DNA of 64,000 nucleotides, taken from an uncultured Acidimicrobiia bacterium. Lineage in GTDB: Bacteria > Actinomycetota > Acidimicrobiia > Acidimicrobiales > AC-14. Made by a program: the position numbers and the translations under genes. Shown piece after piece: positions 45,325 through 55,354 of this stretch. The notes under the pieces are model-generated. The model was not told where the DNA came from. It saw only the letters and a program-made list of their open reading frames with translations, and did not search any database. The stretch is taken from contig CAWIIV010000006.1 of NCBI GenBank assembly GCA_963836205.1, positions 352,001 through 416,000 on the forward strand, in the 5' to 3' direction. The stretch's first letter is position 1, and each line of letters starts with the position of its first letter.

Positions 45325-46710
45325 CGAGAAGCGCTCGACGGCCAGGTCGGCTATCCCGACAGCCAGGTCGTCGAACGTGCCGTCACCCCCGGTGGATACA
45401 ACTCGGTTGTCGCAAAACGTGATCTCCATTCCTCGCCCCAGCGCTGTTTTCGCTGCGAGGTCCACCGCCGCCGCTTTCAACTCCACCAGCAGGACATCGG
45501 CTGCGGGTGCCGTCGCCAGGTCGGCCGCCAACTCGGGCCGGCGAGCCAGGTGGTGGGAAACCCCGACCACGGTGCATCCGTGTGCTTGTTCGAGGTGGTC
45601 CACCAACACCTTGCTGGCGGACGCCGGCGCGGTGGTGACAAAGAAGACCCGGCGACCAGAAATCGGTTCGAGGGGAAAGGGCCGAAACACGGTGTGGACA
45701 ACCCGGACCCCAGGCACCAACTTCCGGACGCTTTCCTCAAGGAACCCAGAACCCGAGCTCGCGGTGCTGGTTCCCGTCGGAACGCCGGCGCCCCAGACGG
45801 GGAACGATGGCTCCACCATGGTAACCACAATCAGATCGCTCAGCAACAACCGGTAGGCACCGAGATACCCCGTGACCAACTCCGGATCGACGGACGCCGG
45901 CATCACGCAGATGGTGGCGTCGGCGTGGACCGGTGGAACCGAGGCTCCGCTTCCCTCGAACACCAGCAACCGCTCGGATCTTCCCTCGGCCGCGGCCACG
46001 CCTGCGGCGAAGGTGCTGGAGAACGGCGCCCCCGCCAGGCCCCCGCCGCAGCGACGGGTGCCGACAGTGGCCACACCGGCCACCAGGGCGTCCTCCAGGT
46101 GGTCGGACGCGGCGTGGCGGCCGGACGCGGCGAGGGCGACGAGGCCGGCGGCGGACAGGTCGAACGACGCAGGGTCGACCACCTCCGGCTCCGGCGGGCC
46201 GCCCCGGCCCATGGCCACCACCACCGGCGGGGTGCCCCGGGCCGCCAGGAGCCGGGCCAGGGAGGCCGACACCGCCGTCTTGCCGGTGCGCTTGCCGGTG
46301 CCGATGACGGCGATCGACGGCTTGGTCGCGATGCGGGGGCGGGGCGGCGGGTCGAACCGGAAGTCGGCCCCCAGGTAGGGGATGCCGGCCACGAGCGTGC
46401 GGGCGGCGAGTCCCATGCGCTGGCGGGCGTCGACCACAGGCTCGTCCGACAGGTCGACGACGAGGTCGGGGGCGAAGCGGTCGAGGCCGGCCCGGAGGGC
46501 GCCCACCAGGCCGTCGCCCCGCACCACGGGAATGCCCAGGCCCAGGTCGGCGGCCGGGTCGGCGGCCAGCTTCTCCCCCCCGCCCAGCAGGACGGCGCCC
46601 ACCACCTCGGCGCCGGGGATGCGTTCGGGAAGCTGGGCGATGGCGGCCCGCACGACGGGCGGGTAGTGCTCGCCGTCGATCAGGACAAGAGTCCGCAATT
46701 CGCTACTCAT
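45313..46710 (-). CDS. cpgS: Cyclic 2,3-diphosphoglycerate synthetase
   Basis: LIDGEHYPPVV, DLSDEPV, IGTGKRTGKTAVS, MGRGGP, HAASD, RRCGGG, EGSG and ELKAAAVD; about 465 aa, like archaeal cDPGS. Confidence 0.88.
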   Translation of the reverse strand: MSSELRTLVLIDGEHYPPVVRAAIAQLPERIPGAEVVGAVLLGGGEKLAADPAADLGLGIPVVRGDGLVGALRAGLDRFAPDLVVDLSDEPVVDARQRMGLAARTLVAGIPYLGADFRFDPPPRPRIATKPSIAVIGTGKRTGKTAVSASLARLLAARGTPPVVVAMGRGGPPEPEVVDPASFDLSAAGLVALAASGRHAASDHLEDALVAGVATVGTRRCGGGLAGAPFSSTFAAGVAAAEGRSERLLVFEGSGASVPPVHADATICVMPASVDPELVTGYLGAYRLLLSDLIVVTMVEPSFPVWGAGVPTGTSTASSGSGFLEESVRKLVPGVRVVHTVFRPFPLEPISGRRVFFVTTAPASASKVLVDHLEQAHGCTVVGVSHHLARRPELAADLATAPAADVLLVELKAAAVDLAAKTALGRGMEITFCDNRVVSTGGDGTFDDLAVGIADLAVERFSSSP

Positions 46711-46736
46711 CTCGGGCCGAGCCCGGGCTCAGGGGG

Positions 46737-47894
46737 TCAGGCGTTCGGCGCCCGTCCCACCAGCCGGCTCATGAGCCGGTGGCCGGGAACGGGGGTTGCG
46801 GTGGCGGTGCCCGCTTCGCTGTAGGTGCCGCCGGGGCCGTCGACGGCGGAGTCGACGAGCAGGTAGGGGACGGAGTCCGACGTGTGGGTGCGGAGGGCGA
46901 CCGGTGTCGGATGGTCGGGCAGGAGCAGCAGCCGCCACGGGCCGAGGGCGTCGAGGCCCTCGACCAGGGGGCCGATGATGCGCCGGTCCCAGTTCTCCAG
47001 GGCCTCGATCTTGGCCTCGAGGTTGCCGGCGTGGCCGGCTTCGTCGCTGGCCTCCACGTGGATGAGGAACAGGTCGTCGCCGGCGGCCAGGGCTTCCAGG
47101 CAGGCGTCGCGCTTGCCCTCGTAGTTGGTGTCGTACCAGCCGGTGATGCCCTCCACCTCGGCCGCGGGGATGCCGGTGAGGGCGCCCAGGCCCCGGATGA
47201 GGTCGACGGCCGACACCAGCCCGGCCCGCAGGCCGTAGGCGTCCTCGAACGAGGGCAGGACCGGCTGCGGCCCCTGCCCCCACAGCCAGATCTGGGTGGC
47301 CTCGAGGTCGGAGGGGCCCACGATGGCCCGGGATGCGTCCATCAGGGCCTGGAGCTTCGGCGCGGCGGGGCCGGTGGGCCACACCGCGGGCTTGCCGGTG
47401 AGGTCGTGGGGCGGGAAGCAGTCGGCGTCGGCCCACGTATCGGGCGTGACGAGGATGTGGCGGTACTGCACGCCGGGGTGGAACGTGATCTCGTCGGTGC
47501 CGAGCTCGGCCTGGAGGGTGGCGACGACGGCCGCCGCCTCCTCGGTGGACGGGTGGCCGCCGGAGAAGTCGACCATGGTGCCGTCGTCGCTGACGGTGGC
47601 CAGGTTGCACCGGTAGGCGATCTGGTCGGGGCGCAGGCGCAGGCCCATGGCCGCGGCCTCGATGGGCGCCCGCCCGGTGTGGTGGACGGCGGGGTCGTAG
47701 CCGAGGATCGACAGGTTGCCCACGTCGCTGCCCGGCGGCATGCCCGCGGGGATCGTCGCCGCCCGCCCCACCTCGGCCCGGGCCGCCAGCTTGGCCAGGT
47801 GCGGCATGTGGGCCACTTCCAACGGCGTGCGCCCCCCGAGCTCGGGAATCGGGTCGTCGGCCGCCCCGTCGGGAACACACACCACGTACTTCAT
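46737..47894 (-). CDS. apgM: Cofactor-independent phosphoglycerate mutase, ApgM family (proposed homoserine-kinase subfamily)
   Basis: DGAAD, GRTPLE, PGSDVGNLSILGYDP, GRAPIEAA, HVEASDEAGH and PDHPTP...THT. Confidence 0.88.
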   Translation of the reverse strand: MKYVVCVPDGAADDPIPELGGRTPLEVAHMPHLAKLAARAEVGRAATIPAGMPPGSDVGNLSILGYDPAVHHTGRAPIEAAAMGLRLRPDQIAYRCNLATVSDDGTMVDFSGGHPSTEEAAAVVATLQAELGTDEITFHPGVQYRHILVTPDTWADADCFPPHDLTGKPAVWPTGPAAPKLQALMDASRAIVGPSDLEATQIWLWGQGPQPVLPSFEDAYGLRAGLVSAVDLIRGLGALTGIPAAEVEGITGWYDTNYEGKRDACLEALAAGDDLFLIHVEASDEAGHAGNLEAKIEALENWDRRIIGPLVEGLDALGPWRLLLLPDHPTPVALRTHTSDSVPYLLVDSAVDGPGGTYSEAGTATATPVPGHRLMSRLVGRAPNA

Positions 47895-47946
47895 GGCCCG
47901 GATCGTAACCGGGAGGGTCGCCGCAACCTGCGTCTCCCCCTACGGT

Positions 47947-48039
47947 TTCGTGCGCTCGAATCGTGGTGATCCGGGGCCGGATCGGCCATTTCACGACGTT
48001 CTGCGTGATCCGAATGTTCGGCGACGCGAGATCGTCGTG
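47947..48039. repeat. One partial and one full copy of the 38.8-kb palindromic element
   Basis: TTCGTGCGCTCGAATCGTGGTGA, then TCACGAC-GTTCTGC-GTGATCCGAATG...ATCGTCGTG. Confidence 0.7.
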
Positions 48040-48104
48040 GGCCACGGCGGCGGGGCGGCCGGCGACCCCTGGCGGGCGGCCAGCGTCGGTACGCTCGGGC
48101 GGCG

Positions 48105-49348
48105 ATGGCTCTCCGCCGGCTGACCGTCTTCCTCGTCGCCTCCGCGTTGGCCCTCGTGGGCACCGCCTGCGGCGGCGAAGACGACGACGCCCCGCCCTCC
48201 GCCACCACGGCCACCACGACCGCGCCCGTCGGGCCCCGACTCCACCGGCGCCCCGCCCGACGCCGACCACCACCTCCCCGCAGCCGCAGCCGGGCCCCCA
48301 GCCGCTCGACTCGATCTCGTTGCAGCTGACCGAGGTGGCCGACCTTTCCCAGCCCGTCGACATGGCCGTGCGGGCGGGTGACGCCCGGCTCTACGTGGTG
48401 GAGAAGGTCGGGAGGGTCCGGGCCGTGGGCGATGGCGGGGTGGCCGGCACCGTCCTCGACCTCACCGGGCAGGTTTCCACCGGCAGCGAGCAGGGCCTGC
48501 TCGGGCTGGCCTTCTCCCCCGACGGCGGCCACCTCTACGTCAACTACACCGACACCTCGGGCGACACCCGCATCGTGGAGTACGCCTTCTCCGGCGACCG
48601 GGCCGACCCGTCCACCGCCCGGGAGCTGCTCAGGATCGACCAGCCCTACGCCAACCACAACGGTGGCGACATCGTCTTCGGCCCCGACGGAAACCTGTGG
48701 ATCGCGATGGGCGACGGTGGCAGCGGCAACGATCCCGAGAACCGGGCCCAGAACCTCGGCACCCTCCTCGGCAAGCTGCTGCGCATCGACCCCGTCCCCT
48801 CCGGCGGGCAGCCCTACACGATCCCGTCCGGCAACCCCTTCGTGGGCCGGGACGGGCCCCGGCGCGAGATCTGGGCCTACGGGCTGCGCAACCCGTGGCG
48901 GTTCTCCTTCGACCGGGAGACCGGCGACCTGTGGATGGGCGACGTCGGCCAGAACGCGGTGGAGGAGGTCGACTTCGCCCCCGCCTCGTCGACGGGGGGT
49001 GAGAACTACGGCTGGCCCGGGATGGAGGGCACCCGGTCGAACAAGGGCGGTCGCCCCGCGGGCGCGGTCGACCCGATCCTCGACTACCGCCAGTCCGACG
49101 GGGGCTGCTCCGTCGTCGGCGGCTACGTCTACCGCGGGACGGCGATTCCGGCCCTGGCCGGCGCCTACCTCTACGGCGACTACTGCGCGGGCGACGTCCT
49201 CGCCCTCCGCCAGTCGGGCGGCACCGTCACCGAGCAGGCCGACCTCGGCCTCGACGTCGCCAGCCTGTCGTCCTTCGGCCAGGACGGGGCCGGGGAGCTC
49301 TACGCCCTGTCCCTCGACGGCCCGCTGTACCGAATCGACCCCGCCTAG
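48105..49348 (+). CDS. PQQ-dependent sugar (glucose/sorbosone) dehydrogenase family lipoprotein; frameshift near 48230
   Basis: The lipoprotein leader (VGTAC) is in a different frame from the catalytic part (EQGLLGLAF, NHNGG, GLRNPWR, DVGQ). Confidence 0.85.
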
Positions 49349-49365
49349 AGAGCACCCGCTGTTCA

Positions 49366-49406
49366 TGGGCACGAAAAGGGGCGTCTGGCACCCCTTTGCA
49401 TGCCCA
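49366..49406. terminator. Imperfect inverted repeat between convergent genes
   Basis: TGGGCA..AAAGGGG / CCCCTTT..TGCCCA. Confidence 0.55.
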
Positions 49407-49426
49407 CGGACCGTCGTGCGACGCGG

Positions 49427-50476
49427 CTACAGCCCCAGTTCGGCCCGCACCGCGCCGATGTCGGCGTCGACCGGAGAGGGCACCGCGATCTCGGCGATGG
49501 CGCGGTCGGGGTCCTTCAGGCCGTGGCCGGTGAGCGTGCACACCACCGTCCGCACCCCGTCGCCCACGCCCACCTTCAACAGCCCGGCCACCGACGCGGC
49601 CGACGCCGGCTCGCAGAACACCGACTCGGTCGAGGCCAGGAAGCGGTAGGCGTCGAGGATCTCCTCGTCGGTCACGGCGTGGATACCGCCGCCCGACTCC
49701 GACGCGGCCGCCGTGGCCCCATACCACGAGGCCGGGTTGCCGATGCGGATGGCGGTGGCGATGGTGTCGGGGTTGTCGACGACGTGGCCGAGGACGATGG
49801 GCGCCGCCCCCGCGGCCTGGAACCCGAACATGGCCGGCAGCTTGGTGGACTTCCCGGCGTCCTGGTACTCCCGGAAGCCCTTCCAGTAGGCGGAGATGTT
49901 GCCGGCGTTGCCCACCGGCACGCAGTGCATGTCGGGCGCGTCCCCCAACACGTCGACGATCTCGAAGGCGGCCGTCTTCTGGCCGTCGATCCGGTAGGGG
50001 TTGATGGAGTTGACGATGGTGACGGGCGCCGTCTCGCCCAGGGCCCGGACCACGTCGAGGGCCTGGTCGAAGTTGCCCCGCACCTGGAGGACCCGGGCCC
50101 CGTGGATGAGGGCCTGGGCCAGCTTGCCCAGGGCGATGTAGCCCTCCGGGATGAGAACCGCGCAGGTCAGGCCGGCCCGGGTGGAGTAGGCCGCGGCCGA
50201 GGCCGACGTGTTGCCGGTGGACGCGCACACCACCGCCTTGGCCCCGTCCTCCACCGCCTTGGAGATGGCCAGCGTCATGCCCCGGTCCTTGAACGAGCCG
50301 GTGGGGTTGGCCCCCTCCACCTTGAGCCACACCTCCGCACCCACCCGCTCCGACAACCGGGGGGCGGGCACCAGCGGGGTCGCCCCCTCCAGGAGGGTGA
50401 TGACGGGCGTGGCCGTCGTGACCGGCAGGTACTCCCGGTACTCCTCGATCAACCCTCGCCAGCCGGGTCGCGCCAT
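49427..50476 (-). CDS. thrC: Threonine synthase
   Basis: [28 protein letters not shown] and TGHGLKD. Confidence 0.97.
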   Translation of the reverse strand: MARPGWRGLIEEYREYLPVTTATPVITLLEGATPLVPAPRLSERVGAEVWLKVEGANPTGSFKDRGMTLAISKAVEDGAKAVVCASTGNTSASAAAYSTRAGLTCAVLIPEGYIALGKLAQALIHGARVLQVRGNFDQALDVVRALGETAPVTIVNSINPYRIDGQKTAAFEIVDVLGDAPDMHCVPVGNAGNISAYWKGFREYQDAGKSTKLPAMFGFQAAGAAPIVLGHVVDNPDTIATAIRIGNPASWYGATAAASESGGGIHAVTDEEILDAYRFLASTESVFCEPASAASVAGLLKVGVGDGVRTVVCTLTGHGLKDPDRAIAEIAVPSPVDADIGAVRAELGL

Positions 50477-50480
50477 CCCG

Positions 50481-51788
50481 TTATTCGGGCCCGATGACCC
50501 GGAGGAGCGAGCCCACCCGGTCGACGACGTCGAGCTCCCGCAGGTCGGCCACCGTGGCCTGCATCGCCTTCTCCCGGGCGGTGTGGGTGACCAGCATCAG
50601 CCGGGCCTCGTCGCCCATCCCCAGCTGGAGGACCTGGACGATCGACACCTCGTGGCGGGAGAAGGCGTGGGCCACCCGTTCGAGCACGCCCGGCTTGTCG
50701 GCCACGTCGAGGGACAGGTAGTACTGCGATGCCAGCTCGTCCATGGGGCGCAACCGGGCGGTGGCCAGGCCCGCGACTCCGGCGGATGCCGACGTGCCCT
50801 GGCGGCGGTTGGCGGCGGCGTCGACCACGTCGCCCAGGACGGCCGACGCGGTGGGCCGCCCGCCGGCGCCCCGTCCGTAGAACATCAGCTCGCCCGCGGC
50901 CTCGCCCTGCACGAACACCGCGTTGTAGGCCTCCCGCACCGCGGCCAGGGGATGGTCGACCGGGACCATGGCCGGGTGGACCCGTACCGACACCTGGTCG
51001 CCGCCCGAGCCGGGTACCGAGTCGGCCACCGCCAGCAGCTTGACCACGTAGCCCAGGCGGGCGGCCATGGCGATGTCGACGGTGGTGACGCCGGTGATGC
51101 CCTCCCGGTAGACGTCGTCGGCCCGGACGTCGATGCCGAAGGCGACGCTGGCGATGATGGCGGCCTTGGCCGCGGCGTCGAAGCCCTCGACGTCGGCCGT
51201 GGGATCGCGCTCGGCGTAGCCCAGGGCCTGGGCCTCGGCCAGGGCGTCGGCGAAGGAGTCGCCCCCCTCGGTCATGCGGGTGAGGATGAAGTTGGTGGTG
51301 CCGTTGACGATGCCGATGACCCGGTTGATGCGGTCGCCGGCGAGGGACTCCCGCAGCGGCCGCATGAGGGGGATGGCGCCGCAGACGGCGGCCTCGAACA
51401 GCAGGTCGACGCCCGACTTCACCGCCGCGTCGAACAGCTCGGCGCCGTGGGTGGCGAGCAGCTCCTTGTTGGCGGTGACCACCGGCTTGCCGGCCTCGAG
51501 GGCGGTGAGGATGAGGGTGCGGGCCGGCTCGACGCCGCCCATGACCTCCACCACCAGGTCGACGTCGGGGTCGGCGACCACTCCGGCGGCATCGGCGGTG
51601 AGGATCCCGGGCGCGAGGTCGACTCCCCGGGGGCGGGTGACGTCGTTCACCGCCACCCGGGCGATCTCCAGCCGCAGCCCGGTGCGAGCCTCCACCGCGT
51701 CGCCGTTGTCGGCCACCAGCTGCACCAGCGCGGCCCCGACGTTGCCGCAGCCCAGGAGCCCGATGCGGACCGTGGCGTTGCCGTTCAT
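50481..51788 (-). CDS. hom: Homoserine dehydrogenase with ACT domain
   Basis: [26 protein letters not shown] and DKPGVL; ATG 51788. Confidence 0.96.
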   Translation of the reverse strand: MNGNATVRIGLLGCGNVGAALVQLVADNGDAVEARTGLRLEIARVAVNDVTRPRGVDLAPGILTADAAGVVADPDVDLVVEVMGGVEPARTLILTALEAGKPVVTANKELLATHGAELFDAAVKSGVDLLFEAAVCGAIPLMRPLRESLAGDRINRVIGIVNGTTNFILTRMTEGGDSFADALAEAQALGYAERDPTADVEGFDAAAKAAIIASVAFGIDVRADDVYREGITGVTTVDIAMAARLGYVVKLLAVADSVPGSGGDQVSVRVHPAMVPVDHPLAAVREAYNAVFVQGEAAGELMFYGRGAGGRPTASAVLGDVVDAAANRRQGTSASAGVAGLATARLRPMDELASQYYLSLDVADKPGVLERVAHAFSRHEVSIVQVLQLGMGDEARLMLVTHTAREKAMQATVADLRELDVVDRVGSLLRVIGPE

Positions 51789-51799
51789 GGCCCCCAACG

Positions 51800-53074
51800 C
51801 TACTGGTCGAGGCGAAGGAGGTCGGCCGTCGTCTCCCGCCGAACCACCTCCCGGACCACCCCGTCGCGGACGAAGACCACCGCCGGCCGGGGCACCTTGT
51901 TGTAGTTGGACGCCATTGCATGCCCGTAGGCGCCGGTCACAGGGGTGCAGATGATGTCGCCGACAGCCAGGTCGGCCGGGACCTGGGCGTCGCGCACCAC
52001 CACGTCGCCCGACTCGCAGTGCTTGCCCACCACCGTGACGGTGCGGGGACGGGCGGCGTCGGTGGCCCGGGGCAGGAAGGCCTCGTAACCGCTGCCGTAG
52101 AGCACGGGCCGGGGGTTGTCGCTCATGCCCCCGTCGACGGCCACGTAGGTGCGCACGCCGGGGACGTCCTTCACCGTGCCGACCCTGTAGAGGGTGAGGC
52201 CGCCGGCAGCGGCGATGGCCCGTCCCGGCTCGGCCGTGACCCGGGACGCGATCCCCGCGGCCAGGCACGCCTCCTGGAGCACCTTGGCCCACTGGCTGAT
52301 CGTGGGCGCGTCCTCGCCGTCGACGTAGGCCACGCCCAGGCCCCCGCCCAGGCACAGCTCGGGCAGCCCGAGGGGGGCCACGAAGTCGGCCAGCACCTCC
52401 ACCGCCTTCTCGAACGAGTGGAGCAGGAAGATCTGGCTGCCGATGTGGGCGTGCACGCCCACCAGCTCGAACGCGGGCGAGTCGGCGATGCGGTCGACGG
52501 CGAGGGCGGCGTCGCCGCTGGCCAGGCCGAATCCGAACTTGGAGTCGACCTGGCCGGTCATGACGTACTCGTGGGTGTGGGCCTCGACGCCCGGCGTCAC
52601 CCGCACCATCACCCGGGTGGGACGGCCGTCGTCGGCGTGGATCGCCTCCAGCCGGCGGATCTCGTCGAACGAGTCGACCACCACCTTGACGCCGAGGTGG
52701 TGGGCACGGGACAGCTCGTCGTACGACTTGTTGTTGCCGTGGAGGACGATCCGATCGGACGGCACGCCTGCGGTGAGGGCCACGTGCAGCTCGCCGCCGG
52801 TGGCCACGTCGACGTGCATGCCCTCCTCGTGGACGAGCCGGGCCATGGCCAGGCAGAGGAAGGCCTTCGACCCGTAGGCCACGCCGTCGCCGAACGAGGC
52901 CACCGCCTCCCGGCAGCGGGCCCGCAGGTGCTCCTCGTCGTAGACGAACAGGGGCGTGCCGACCTCGTCGGCCAGGGAGACCAGGTCGACGCCACCCACG
53001 CGGAGCCCGCCGCCGGGGCCGACGGTGGCGGTGTCGGGCAGGAGGTGGCGGGGAAGGGGGCCAACCCCGATCAC
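51800..53074 (-). CDS. lysA: Diaminopimelate decarboxylase
   Basis: YGSKAF, HGNNKS, HIGSQI, EPGR, CESGD and GAYG. Confidence 0.96.
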   Translation of the reverse strand: MIGVGPLPRHLLPDTATVGPGGGLRVGGVDLVSLADEVGTPLFVYDEEHLRARCREAVASFGDGVAYGSKAFLCLAMARLVHEEGMHVDVATGGELHVALTAGVPSDRIVLHGNNKSYDELSRAHHLGVKVVVDSFDEIRRLEAIHADDGRPTRVMVRVTPGVEAHTHEYVMTGQVDSKFGFGLASGDAALAVDRIADSPAFELVGVHAHIGSQIFLLHSFEKAVEVLADFVAPLGLPELCLGGGLGVAYVDGEDAPTISQWAKVLQEACLAAGIASRVTAEPGRAIAAAGGLTLYRVGTVKDVPGVRTYVAVDGGMSDNPRPVLYGSGYEAFLPRATDAARPRTVTVVGKHCESGDVVVRDAQVPADLAVGDIICTPVTGAYGHAMASNYNKVPRPAVVFVRDGVVREVVRRETTADLLRLDQ

Positions 53075-53084
53075 GAGAGGCCCG

Positions 53085-54689
53085 TCACATCGACTTGGGG
53101 GCGCTGACCCCCAGCAGGTCGAGGCCGATGGCGAGGCCGATGCGGGTGGCCTCCACCAGCCACAGCCGGGCCTGGGTCAGCTCGGGGCTGACCCCCTCCC
53201 CCATCACGTAGCAGTCGTAGTAGAAGCCGTGGAAGCGGCCGGCCAGCTCTCGGGCCCAGGTGGTGACCTTGTGCGGGGCCCGGGTGCGGCAGCCGTCGAC
53301 CACCGCCGCCGGCAGCTGGCCCAGGCTGCGGAGGACGTCGAGCTCGCGGGGGTGGGTGAGCAGGCCGATGTCGACGGTGTCGAACGGCCGCCGCTCGATC
53401 CCCCGGGACGCGGCCGTGGTCGCGATCGAGTGGATGCGGGCGTGGGCGTACTGGACGTAATAGACGGGGTTCTCCAGCGAGCGCATGACGACCGCGGCCA
53501 GGTCGAAGCTCTGGCGGTTGTCGATGGACTGGAGCAGGAACGTGAGCCGGGCCACGTCGGCGCCGACCTCGTCGAGCACCTCGGCCAGCTCGATGAACTC
53601 CCCGCTGCGCTTGCCCATGCGCACGATCTCACCCGCCCGCAACAGCGTCACCAGCTGGCCGAGGATGATCTCCAGCCGGTCGGGGTCGTAGCCCAGGGCC
53701 TGCATGCCGACCTTGAGCCGGGCCACGTGGCCGTGGTGGTCGGCGCCCCAGATGTCGATGAGACGGTCGAAGCCGCGCTCGAACTTGTCGCGGTGGTAGG
53801 CGATGTCGCCCAGCAGGTAGGTGGGGTCGCCACCGGTCTTGACCAGGACCTCGTCCTTGGCCAGGCCGAAGGCGGTGGCCCGCAGCCACACCGCGCCGTC
53901 GGCCTCGTAGGTGTTCCCCCGGGCGGTGAGGTCGGCCAGGGCGGCCTCGATCGCCCCCGAGGCCACCATCGAGCGCTCGCTGAACCAGGTGTCGAAGCTG
54001 ACGTTGATCCGGGCCAGCGCGCCCCGCAGGTCGGCCAGCACCCGCTCCTCGCCCCATTGGCGGGGGTCGGCGTCGGCCGGCATCTCCGCCGCCCACTCGG
54101 CCACGTACTGGCCCCGGTACCCGTCGTCCGGCACCGGCCGGCCGTCGCGGAGGGCGGCCAGCGACTCGGTGAACAACTCGATCTGCCGGCCCCGGTCGTT
54201 GATGTAGTACTCACGGTGGACCTGGTAGCCGCACCGGTCGAGGATCCGGCAAAGGGAGTCGCCGTAGGCCGCCCACCGCCCGCCCCCGGCGTGGAGAGGC
54301 CCGGTGGGGTTGGCGCTGACGAACTCGACGTTGACCCGCTCCCCGCCGCCGACGTCGGACCGGGCGTAGTCGTCGACGCCGGCCTCCACCACCTGGCGCA
54401 GGACCTCGTGGAGCCAGGCGTCGTCGAGGCGGAAGTTCACGAAGCCGGGGCCGGCCACGCTGACCGCGGCCACGTAGGGGGGCGGGTCGGCCGTGAGGCG
54501 GGCGACGATGCCGTCGGCCAGCTCCCGCGGCCGGCGGTGGGTGGCTCCGGCCAGGGCCAGGGCGACGTTCGACGACCAGTCGCCGTGCTCGGGACGGGCG
54601 GGGCGCTCGATGGAGATGGTGGGCGGTGGCTCGATACCGTCGGCCACCAGGGCGGCGCGCACGGACTCGGCCAGGAGCTCCCTAATCAA
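53085..54689 (-). CDS. argS: Arginine--tRNA ligase
   Basis: GPGFVNF, EFVSANPTGPLH, WGADHHG and YYVQYAHAR. Confidence 0.96.
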   Translation of the reverse strand: MIRELLAESVRAALVADGIEPPPTISIERPARPEHGDWSSNVALALAGATHRRPRELADGIVARLTADPPPYVAAVSVAGPGFVNFRLDDAWLHEVLRQVVEAGVDDYARSDVGGGERVNVEFVSANPTGPLHAGGGRWAAYGDSLCRILDRCGYQVHREYYINDRGRQIELFTESLAALRDGRPVPDDGYRGQYVAEWAAEMPADADPRQWGEERVLADLRGALARINVSFDTWFSERSMVASGAIEAALADLTARGNTYEADGAVWLRATAFGLAKDEVLVKTGGDPTYLLGDIAYHRDKFERGFDRLIDIWGADHHGHVARLKVGMQALGYDPDRLEIILGQLVTLLRAGEIVRMGKRSGEFIELAEVLDEVGADVARLTFLLQSIDNRQSFDLAAVVMRSLENPVYYVQYAHARIHSIATTAASRGIERRPFDTVDIGLLTHPRELDVLRSLGQLPAAVVDGCRTRAPHKVTTWARELAGRFHGFYYDCYVMGEGVSPELTQARLWLVEATRIGLAIGLDLLGVSAPKSM

Positions 54690-54709
54690 TGCGACGGATC
54701 ACGTGGGGC

Positions 54710-55090
54710 CTACCGGCGGGGCTTGCCCATGACCGCGTTGAGGCGGTCGATGAGCTGGATCGGGTCGAACGGCTTGGTGATGTAGTCGTCGGCGCCCATG
54801 TCGAGGCCGTGCTCGACCTCGGACTTCTGGGCCTTGGCCGACAGCAGGATGACGGGTAGGTCCTCGGTGCGGGGGTCGCTCTTGAGGTCGGACAGGAGCT
54901 GGAGGCCGTCGCGCCGGGGCATCATGATGTCGGAGATCACCACGTCGGGCTGGAGCTCCTGGGCCAGGGCGAACCCCTCGTCGCCGTCGTGGGCGCACAC
55001 CACGTCGAAGCCCTCGATCTCGAAGTTCACCCGCAGGAGCTCGAGGATCACCGGGTCGTCGTCGATCACCAGTACGGTCAGCTTGCCCAC
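54710..55090 (-). CDS. Stand-alone response-regulator receiver protein
   Basis: VIDDD, SDIMMP, LSAK and DDYITKPF. Confidence 0.93.
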   Translation of the reverse strand: MGKLTVLVIDDDPVILELLRVNFEIEGFDVVCAHDGDEGFALAQELQPDVVISDIMMPRRDGLQLLSDLKSDPRTEDLPVILLSAKAQKSEVEHGLDMGADDYITKPFDPIQLIDRLNAVMGKPRR

Positions 55091-55169
55091 CCCGACGATG
55101 GTATCGGGGCACCACTCCCGTCCCGGCTGGCGGGGTACGATCGAAAGCTGCCGCCCTCGTAGCGAAGGG

Positions 55170-55241
55170 GCCCTCGTAGCTCAGGGGATAGAGCACCGCC
55201 CTCCGGAGGCGGGTGCGTAGGTTCGAATCCTACCGGGGGCA
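55170..55241 (+). tRNA. tRNA-Arg (anticodon CCG); CCA not encoded
   Basis: Acceptor GCCCTCG/CGGGGGC, D arm GCTC/GAGC, anticodon arm CCGCC-CTCCGGA-GGCGG, T arm GTAGG-TTCGAAT-CCTAC. Confidence 0.96.
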
Positions 55242-55354
55242 CGCTCCGGACCTGCCTGTTCGCGGGTCCGGAAGTGATCCTCCCGCGGCGTTTGCGTCCG
55301 CCCCCCGGGCTGCGCCGGACGGTACGCGCTCGGCGCCCTGGAAGACTCACGCAC

